Origin: Candidatus Micrarchaeota archaeon
Lineage (GTDB): Archaea > Iainarchaeota > Iainarchaeia > Iainarchaeales > JAGVWC01
Assembly (NCBI GenBank): GCA_043803815.1
Contig: JAZDJR010000028.1
Location: 1-22,333 of the forward strand
DNA length: 22,333 nucleotides
Reading direction: 5' to 3'
Shown here: positions 16,274 through 22,333 of the stretch, piece by piece
Layout of the letters: each line of letters starts with the position of its first letter
How positions within the stretch are numbered: position 1 is the stretch's first letter
Program-made: the position numbers and the translations under genes
Notes under the pieces: model-generated
Told to the model about the DNA's origin: nothing
Databases searched by the model: none
Seen by the model: the letters and a program-made list of their open reading frames with translations, nothing else

Positions 16274-16906
16274 TTATTCGAATACAAACCGGCAATCCAC
16301 GGCAATCAGGCCTTTTTCCGTGGCAATTAAAGGATTGATGTCCATTTCCAATGGTTTTTCTTTTTGGATTAGTTTTCCAATCTGCATCAGGGTTTGCACG
16401 GCTTTTTTTTGGGGCAAAGGGGGTTGTCCGCGAAAGCCGTTAACCAATTGCTGGTGCTTGATTTCGCGAATCATTTGTTCGCAGTCCTTTTTGGTGACGG
16501 GCAGTACGCGCAAGGTGACGTCTTTTAAAAGTTCCACCCAGATTCCACCGATGCCAAAAACAATCGTTGCTCCGAATTGGGTGTCCGTTTTGCTGCCGAT
16601 AAGCCATTCGCTTCCGTAGATTTGCTGTTGGACTAACGCGCCTTCAAAACCGGATATTTTTTGGAGTTTTTTAAACGCGTTTTGGGCTTCCTTTTCGCTT
16701 TTGATATTGGTGTAGACTCCTTTGTGTTCGGTTTTGTGCACGGCTTTTTTAGAAACCACTTTGAGCACCAATGGAAAGCCGGTTTTTTTCACAAAGCGCA
16801 AAAGCTCTTTTTCGTTTTTGGCGAGGTGCGCATGGGCGACTTGTATTTTGTATTTGGATAATAATTTTAGCGATTCGACAACATCCATTGTTCGGGTCAT
16901 AGGCAT
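16274..16906 (-). CDS. acdB: Acetate--CoA ligase (ADP-forming) beta subunit, ATP-grasp
   Basis: GFPLVLKVVSKKAVHKTEHKGV, LVQQQI, EWLIG..DTQFGATIVFGIGGIWVELLKDV, EMDINPLI...AVDCR. Confidence 0.9.
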   Translation of the reverse strand: MPMTRTMDVVESLKLLSKYKIQVAHAHLAKNEKELLRFVKKTGFPLVLKVVSKKAVHKTEHKGVYTNIKSEKEAQNAFKKLQKISGFEGALVQQQIYGSEWLIGSKTDTQFGATIVFGIGGIWVELLKDVTLRVLPVTKKDCEQMIREIKHQQLVNGFRGQPPLPQKKAVQTLMQIGKLIQKEKPLEMDINPLIATEKGLIAVDCRFVFE

Positions 16907-16999
16907 TAGGATTGTTTTTTTCGGTTAAAAAGCGTTTGGATTTGGCTTCGCGGGGAGGGTGGTTTTATTAATTCTGGATTCGTTGTTTTGGCGAATAAC

Positions 17000-18283
17000 A
17001 TGCCTAAAAACGTTAAAGTGTCTTTTTTGGGGGCTTCGCACGAAGTGGGGCGAAGCGGTTTTTTGGTGGATTCCGGAGACAAACTGCTTTTGGATTATGG
17101 CGTAAAGTTTGGCCTGAATAATGCGATTGAGTATCCGCTTCCTGTCAAGACTAATTTGGATGCGATTATTTTGTCGCATGCGCATTTGGACCATTCGGGT
17201 TTTATTCCGAATTTGTTTGTGGATTCAAGCGCCTTGACGTATTTGACGCCGCCAAGTTTTGGTTTGTCGAATTTATTATGGGAAGATTCCCTGAAAATCG
17301 CGGGGCATAACGGAACGCATGCGGGCTTTACCGAAGAAGAATTGTTTCGTTTGCGAAGGTATTGTTTTCAGGTGGGCTACAAAAAGCGCCTGAATGTTTC
17401 CAAGGACTGGACCATGGAGTTTTTTGATGCGGGGCATATTTTGGGTTCTTCCTTGACCAAACTGACGTACAAAAAAGAGCACTCGTTATTGTACACGGGT
17501 GATTTTAATTCCGCGGAAACGCGTTTGCACGCGGGAGCGGATTTGAAAGTCGGAAAAGTGGATACCGTAATGATTGAGTCCACGTACGGGAATCGCAATC
17601 ATCCGCCGCGAAAAGAACTGGAAAAAGTTTTTTTCCAGGAAGTGCAGGATATTATCGACCGCGGAGGATGGGCTTTGATTCCGGCGTTTGCGGTCGGCAG
17701 AGGACAGGAAATCCTGATGATTTTGGACGATTTTGGAATTAACGCGGACGTGTATTATGACGGAATGGGAAAAACCGCGGCGCAAATCATGCTGGACAAC
17801 CCGTCGTATTTGAAGGACCCGTCCGCGCTCAAAAAAGCGTTGCGAAAAACGATTGTGGTGCAGTCCGCCAAAATGCGAAAACAGGCGCTCAAAAAGCCGT
17901 CGGTGATTGTGGCCAGCGCGGGAATGATGCAGGGCGGTCCGATTTTGTTTTACACGCAAAAATTGTGCAATGACAAGAATTCCAAGGTTTTTTTTACCGG
18001 TTACCAGGTGGAAAAAACCATCGGACGCACCTTATTGGACCACAAAAAACTGGTGGTGGACGGGGTGTTATACGATTCGCAATTGGAAGTGGAAAAATTT
18101 GATTTTTCTGCGCACGCGCAAAAAGACGATTTGGTAAAGTCCCTGAAAAAATGGAACCCTGAAAAGATTTTTTTGGTGCACGGAGACTTGGACATCATGG
18201 ATGCGTTCAAAGAAACCCTGCGCGGGCAGGGATTCAACAAAATCGAAGCGCCAAAACAGGGCGAAACCAAACAGCTGTTTTGA
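17000..18283 (+). CDS. Metallo-beta-lactamase / beta-CASP ribonuclease (aCPSF2-like, no KH domains)
   Basis: FLGASHEVGRS, LLDYG, SHAHLDHSG, AGHILGS, YTGD, IESTYG, PAFAVGRGQE, FSAHA, LVHGD. ATG 17000 is preferred; TTG 16988 is the alternative. Confidence 0.92.
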   Translation: MPKNVKVSFLGASHEVGRSGFLVDSGDKLLLDYGVKFGLNNAIEYPLPVKTNLDAIILSHAHLDHSGFIPNLFVDSSALTYLTPPSFGLSNLLWEDSLKIAGHNGTHAGFTEEELFRLRRYCFQVGYKKRLNVSKDWTMEFFDAGHILGSSLTKLTYKKEHSLLYTGDFNSAETRLHAGADLKVGKVDTVMIESTYGNRNHPPRKELEKVFFQEVQDIIDRGGWALIPAFAVGRGQEILMILDDFGINADVYYDGMGKTAAQIMLDNPSYLKDPSALKKALRKTIVVQSAKMRKQALKKPSVIVASAGMMQGGPILFYTQKLCNDKNSKVFFTGYQVEKTIGRTLLDHKKLVVDGVLYDSQLEVEKFDFSAHAQKDDLVKSLKKWNPEKIFLVHGDLDIMDAFKETLRGQGFNKIEAPKQGETKQLF

Positions 18284-18337
18284 TTTATTTGAACGGGTTT
18301 TTGGCTTTGATGCCTGAAACTTGGAGAATAACGCGTT

Positions 18338-18523
18338 TTAGTGGGGTTGTACTTTATTTTGTTCTATTTTGTCGCACCAATTGTTAATTGCCTCAATTAC
18401 GGAATTATGATAATCTTTTTTGGTTGGTCCAACGGTTTCTTTGACGGTTTGTTTAAACTCGTCATGTATGTCTTTGCTTACCCGAACACGCAATTTTCCA
18501 ATTCTGACTGTTACTTTTTCCAT
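18338..18523 (-). CDS. Small ribbon-helix-helix-like DNA-binding protein (61 aa)
   Basis: Beta-strand LRVRV followed by helix SKDIHDEFKQTV and helix SVIEAINNW. TTTAAA box upstream. Visibly AT-richer than neighbours. Confidence 0.55.
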   Translation of the reverse strand: MEKVTVRIGKLRVRVSKDIHDEFKQTVKETVGPTKKDYHNSVIEAINNWCDKIEQNKVQPH

Positions 18524-18663
18524 CGAGTATTTTAAATACCAAAATTCTTAAAAACGCCTTTGGAACCATCCGTTTCCTCGCGCCTTCGGCGGTTGTTTGG
18601 TTTTTAATGCGCCAAACTTGCGGATTAATTGATTTATTAATGGGTTTTGGCTTTGGTTGTTAT

Positions 18664-19374
18664 ATGAAAAAGCGTTTTTGCCCCAAGTGCGGCGCAACCG
18701 ACAAGGCGTTTGTGCGGGGCCTGTGCACGGATTGTTTTTTGGAATCCAATAAAATTGTGGATATTCCGTCGGAATGGCCGTTAAGCGTTTGCCGGGAATG
18801 CGGAAAGTTTTTGGAAAAAGGGACTTGGCATCATTTCTCGCCGGAAGCCTTGGCTTTTTTGATTGAAAAAAAAATCAAGGTCAAGGATTTAACGGATTCC
18901 AAAATCGCTTTGGAGGCCAAGCCTGTTGAAAACACGAATTGGAACGGCTGGTGGGTGCAGGGAAAAGTTGTCGGTTCTTTGGAAGGCGAATTTTTTTCGT
19001 TTCCCGTTTTGGTGAAAGTAAAAGTAAAGGATTCGCTGTGCAGCGATTGCAGTTTGATTAAGGCGGATTATTTCGAAGCCGAATTGCAATTGCGCTTTGG
19101 GAAAAATTCGGAGGATTTGCAAAAGCGCGTTTTGGAACACGTGCGAAACCAGGTGGCCGCGATGCACACGTTTGATTCTTTGTCGCAGATTGCGGCGGTT
19201 ACCAAGACCAAAGGCGGCGTGGATGTCAGAATCGGTTCCAAGCGCGCGGGAAAACTCGTTGCGGAACGGCTGCATAAAGACTTTGGCGGGGAAATCAAGC
19301 ACTCGTTTTCCTTGGCGGGCGTGGACAAAAGCGGAAAAACGCGGAAGCGGTACACGTTTTTGGTGCGGATTTAA
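18664..19374 (+). CDS. nmd3: NMD3-family ribosome biogenesis protein (short form, 236 aa)
   Basis: From ATG 18664: FCPKCG, LCTDC, CRECG, CSDCS zinc knuckles, then YFEAELQLR, GGVDVRIGS, and G.DKSGK...RYTFLVRI. Confidence 0.9.
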   Translation: MKKRFCPKCGATDKAFVRGLCTDCFLESNKIVDIPSEWPLSVCRECGKFLEKGTWHHFSPEALAFLIEKKIKVKDLTDSKIALEAKPVENTNWNGWWVQGKVVGSLEGEFFSFPVLVKVKVKDSLCSDCSLIKADYFEAELQLRFGKNSEDLQKRVLEHVRNQVAAMHTFDSLSQIAAVTKTKGGVDVRIGSKRAGKLVAERLHKDFGGEIKHSFSLAGVDKSGKTRKRYTFLVRI

Positions 19375-19670
19375 TGGGCCACGATTTTGATGCCGGTTTT
19401 TTCGGGGATAAGCCTGACGGTTTTTTTGGATTTAAGGCGGTATTGCTTGGATAATTCGCGGGGAATGCGAATCGCGTCGCTATCGCCCCATTTGGATACC
19501 ATAACCGTGTATTGTTTGAGGTTGCGGTATTTTTCGGCGACTTCGTGCAATTGTTTCATATCCACGATTTCGTCGCCGCAATTTGGGCATTTCCAATACT
19601 CGTATGGCAAACCGTCTTTCATTTGGTCTTCTTTGGTTACCATGTCGGTTTTACAGTGCATGCATTTCAT
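19371..19670 (-). CDS. Putative antitoxin: YgiT/MqsA-like Zn ribbon fused to AbrB/MazE-type DNA-binding domain
   Basis: MKCMHC...WKCPNCGDEI Zn ribbon, then VSKWGDSDAIRIPREL...KTVRLIP AbrB motif. ATG 19670 overlaps the upstream TGA; ATG 19676 is the alternative. Confidence 0.8.
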   Translation of the reverse strand: MKCMHCKTDMVTKEDQMKDGLPYEYWKCPNCGDEIVDMKQLHEVAEKYRNLKQYTVMVSKWGDSDAIRIPRELSKQYRLKSKKTVRLIPEKTGIKIVAH

Positions 19671-19903
19671 AGCCATTCCTTTTTGGTGATTGTAACGATT
19701 CGGATTACGTTACCAACTTTTTCATCCATGCAAACGATAGTCCTGTTGTGATAATGTTTTACAATTTTAACCCTATTTTTTCCGAACCAGTTAAATTGGC
19801 CGTGCTCGACGGTATCTTCGATGATTTCAATGCCGATATTTCGCTTGTCGGCCTGTTTAAGCGCGTGGTGAGTGAATCGGATTTCATATGGCGGTTTGTA
19901 CAC
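19667..19903 (-). CDS. DUF4258-like (RelE/BrnT-related) putative toxin (78 aa)
   Basis: IRFTHHALKQADKRNI...IEDTVEHG...IRIVTI matches the DUF4258 'F.T.HA..rm..R.I...v.t' pattern. GTG start. Coupled to the antitoxin-like gene. Confidence 0.75.
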   Translation of the reverse strand: MYKPPYEIRFTHHALKQADKRNIGIEIIEDTVEHGQFNWFGKNRVKIVKHYHNRTIVCMDEKVGNVIRIVTITKKEWL

Positions 19904-19925
19904 AAAATCACTGAAATGATATTTT

Positions 19926-19947
19926 AAAGATATCTAATGATATCTTT
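19926..19947. promoter_or_regulatory. Palindromic operator candidate overlapping the TA promoter
   Basis: Perfect inverted repeat AAAGATATC-TAAT-GATATCTTT abutting a minus-strand TTTAAAATAT box ~20 nt upstream of the toxin start. Confidence 0.6.
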
Positions 19948-20021
19948 TGGTTTGATTTTTACAGAATAAGCGTGAAAATCGTTAATAATTAAGAAAATTT
20001 TCGTTGGTTGCCGAATGGGAT

Positions 20022-20723
20022 TTAAACTTCGTATTTTTTGAGTTCGGAAATGATTTCGGCCAAGGGCTTGTTGGTGATGATGAGCGGGATTTTTTCGCTT
20101 TCCGCTATTTTAATGGCTAGCGGGTCGACTTTGGTTATTCCGTGGAGTACGACGATGGCGGGTTTCATGTCGGTTGAGAAGCGCCCGATTTTGACCGCGA
20201 TTAACGGGGAACGCCCGTTTTCGACTCCTTGAAATATTAATGCGCGTTCGGGGGTTTTTCCGTAGAGTTTCATGTATTCGTGCACGGGAACATTGAGAAT
20301 GACTTTGAGCGAGTCGATTATCGTGTATCCGTAAACGTTGAGGTCTTTGAGCCTTGCCTGGTTGCAGAGCACTTGGCCTTGAATTGAACTTTCAAATACT
20401 TTTCCTTTGACGGGTCCGGTGAATTCGTGGGTGTCAAAGATTTCCTGTTTGGGCTGGAAGTCTTTTTCAAGTTGTTTTCGGATTTTGGCGCCGCGGATTT
20501 CGTCGATTTCAAGCAGGGTTTCAACTAAGCGTTTGATGACGACAATGCCGGGGCTTTTGCGGCGTCCGCCTTCGTAATCGGAAATCGTGGAAGAGGAGAT
20601 TTTGAGTTTTTCTGCGAGTTCGGTTTGGCTGACGCCGAATATTTCGCGCCATTTTTTCATGCTTCCGCCGGGGTTTTGGGAAAGCGAGATTTCTCCGGCC
20701 ATTGTTACAGCTAATTGTTCCAT
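20022..20723 (-). CDS. Archaeal XRE-HTH transcriptional regulator with C-terminal DRTGG-like domain (COG1709-like)
   Basis: MAGEISLSQNPGGSMKKWREIFGVSQTELA...ISDYEGGRRKSPG, YGYTIIDSLK, ERALIF..V..GRSPLIAVK, KPAIVVLHG...DPLAIKIAESEKIPLI. Confidence 0.9.
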   Translation of the reverse strand: MEQLAVTMAGEISLSQNPGGSMKKWREIFGVSQTELAEKLKISSSTISDYEGGRRKSPGIVVIKRLVETLLEIDEIRGAKIRKQLEKDFQPKQEIFDTHEFTGPVKGKVFESSIQGQVLCNQARLKDLNVYGYTIIDSLKVILNVPVHEYMKLYGKTPERALIFQGVENGRSPLIAVKIGRFSTDMKPAIVVLHGITKVDPLAIKIAESEKIPLIITNKPLAEIISELKKYEV

Positions 20724-20857
20724 AGAACGAGTAGTGCCTAAAAATCCTTTAAAACCTTTTCGTTGATTGTCCCCCTAAAAGCGGTTTTTTTCAAGTGATT
20801 GTCGAAAAAAGGGGTTTTTTTGGGTGTTTGGCGGGTGTTTTCGGTAAATCTGTCGGT

Positions 20858-21595
20858 TTACCCGATTTTGGGAATGGTTTGCAAAAATACGTCGATTGCT
20901 TTTCCCGCGTTTTGTTTCATAATTTCTAAAACTTCTTTGTAAGTGACCGGCGTGCAGTCGGTTTTCCAGGAATCATAGTCTGTTGCCGTGGCAAGTACCG
21001 AATATTCGATTTCGAGTTCTTTGGCGAGTGTTGCTTCGGTGGCTGTGGTCATGTTGATGATGTCGCATTCCCAGTTGCGGAACATATTGGATTCCGCGCG
21101 CGAGGAAAAACGCGGGCCTTCAATCGTTACCACTGTCTTGTCGGAGTGAAACCGGAATTTTTTTTCAGCAAGGCTTTCCTCTAAGAGACGGTTCAGTTTT
21201 TTGGAAAACGGTTCCCCGAATGGCGTGTGGCAGTTTATTCCTTTTTCGTGGTTGAAACTGTGGGGACGGTGCTTGGAAAAATCAATAACCTGGCTTGGAA
21301 CCACAAAATCGCCTGGCCGTATTTCTTCGCGCAAGGAACCGCATGCGCTGGCCGCGAGGATGTGGGTTATCCCGAGTTCTTTTAATGCCCACAAGTTGGC
21401 CAAGTAGGGAACTTTGGACGGGGTGTATTCATGGCGATAGCCGTGGCGCGAAAGAACCGCAACTTCGGTTTTTCCTATTTTTCCAACCGTAATCGGCGCG
21501 CTTGTTTTCCCGAACGGTGTTTTGAATTCTTTTTTTTCGCTTTGCTTTAAAAATTCCGGTTTTTCAAGTCCGCTTCCGCCGATTATTCCGATCAT
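20858..21595 (-). CDS. mtnP: S-methyl-5'-thioadenosine / purine nucleoside phosphorylase (MTAP family)
   Basis: IGIIGGSG, LSRHG..H...PSKVPYLANLWAL, ACGSLREEI.PGD, EGPRFSSRAES, INMT, TDYD.W. Confidence 0.93.
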   Translation of the reverse strand: MIGIIGGSGLEKPEFLKQSEKKEFKTPFGKTSAPITVGKIGKTEVAVLSRHGYRHEYTPSKVPYLANLWALKELGITHILAASACGSLREEIRPGDFVVPSQVIDFSKHRPHSFNHEKGINCHTPFGEPFSKKLNRLLEESLAEKKFRFHSDKTVVTIEGPRFSSRAESNMFRNWECDIINMTTATEATLAKELEIEYSVLATATDYDSWKTDCTPVTYKEVLEIMKQNAGKAIDVFLQTIPKIG

Positions 21596-21630
21596 TTTTT
21601 CACTTTTCCTTTTTCTAGTTTTTCTTTCCT

Positions 21631-22149
21631 TTATTGGTCGAATTTCGCGAGGCTTTGCACGTTGTATCCTTCCAAATTCTTTCTTCCGTTCAAAAACGAC
21701 AATTCAATCACAAAGCCGATTTCAGCTACTTCCGCGCCGAGCTTTTCTACGAGGAATGTGGCTGCCCGACAAGTTCCCCCAGTGGCCAACAAATCGTCAC
21801 ATAATAGTACGCGGTCTCCTTTTCCGAACGCGTCCTTGTGGATTTCAATCGTTGCTTTGCCGTATTCGAGTTCGTATTCCTGTTTTAGGGTTTCGTGAGG
21901 CAGTTTTCCCTGTTTTCGGATGGGAACAAATCCTGCACCGAGTTTTTGCGCCAAAAGGCTTCCGAAGATGAATCCGCGGGATTCGATTCCCGCGACAAAA
22001 TCGATTTTTTGGTTTTGATATGGCTTGGCGAGGTGGTCAGCGACTTGTTTTAGGGCCTGCGGATTTTGCAGAACGGGGGTAATATCATAAAAGAGGATTC
22101 CTTTTTTTGGAAAATCGGGAATTGTTCGGATTAGCTGGGTCCAGCTCAT
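21631..22149 (-). CDS. apt: Adenine phosphoribosyltransferase
   Basis: IPDFPKKGILFYDIT, GIESRGF, IRKQGKLP, YELEYG, PRPP-binding LLCDDLLATGGT. Confidence 0.97.
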   Translation of the reverse strand: MSWTQLIRTIPDFPKKGILFYDITPVLQNPQALKQVADHLAKPYQNQKIDFVAGIESRGFIFGSLLAQKLGAGFVPIRKQGKLPHETLKQEYELEYGKATIEIHKDAFGKGDRVLLCDDLLATGGTCRAATFLVEKLGAEVAEIGFVIELSFLNGRKNLEGYNVQSLAKFDQ

Positions 22150-22268
22150 GAAAATGTTTCTATTGGAAAATGCTTTTTAATTCCTTGGATTTGGAACTCC
22201 TGACAAACTCGGTTGGTTTTTAAAGGTCTAATTTTTTAGGGGGCGAGCATTCTTATTTTGGTGATTGA

Positions 22269-22333
22269 ATGCTTTGCCCAAATTGTTTTGGGGCAAAGGG
22301 GGATATAGTTCTTTGGGGTCACCGGTACACCAA
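22269..22333 (+). CDS. Possible 5' start of a gene beginning with a CxxC motif; partial at window edge
   Basis: GGTGA RBS (22260-22264), then ATG 22269: MLCPNCFGAKGDIVLWGHRYT..., open to the end of the window. Confidence 0.45.
   Translation, partial: MLCPNCFGAKGDIVLWGHRYT

Noticed and set aside
22272-22298. Hairpin CTTTGCCC...GGGCAAAG as terminator or element end
   Set aside because: It lies within a plausible coding start with an RBS and is too close to the window edge to evaluate.

Overview
Archaeal genomic window. NMD3, a COG1709-type HTH regulator, an ADP-forming acetate-CoA ligase beta subunit, a beta-CASP RNase, GGAGGTGA/GGTGA ribosome-binding sites and TTTAAA/TATTAAAC boxes support this; a DPANN-type host is an inference from gene style only. 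The dominant feature is a ~14.4 kb type IV pilus/Tad-like locus (1145-15519). It encodes two cytoplasmic coiled-coil proteins, an assembly ATPase with an N-terminal four-Cys motif, a two-domain TadC/FlaJ-like platform and nine pilin-like ORFs. These include a 32-aa micro-ORF missing from the ORF track, a 694-aa Cys-rich adhesin-like protein and a 952-aa pilin-vWA-PKD-zinc metallopeptidase fusion. A C-terminally anchored Cys-repeat surface protein also lies in the locus. Five of the nine pilin-like ORFs lack a basic class III leader, and no prepilin peptidase is in the window. At the left edge, a DUF2080-like insertion element appears to truncate a proline iminopeptidase gene next to a MazG-like gene. 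The right part holds housekeeping and salvage genes (acdB, beta-CASP RNase, nmd3, HTH regulator, mtnP, apt), an RHH-like small gene and a DUF4258 / Zn-ribbon-AbrB toxin-antitoxin-like pair with a palindromic operator. No rRNA, tRNA or CRISPR array was seen. All family calls are motif recognition by eye, not database searches.
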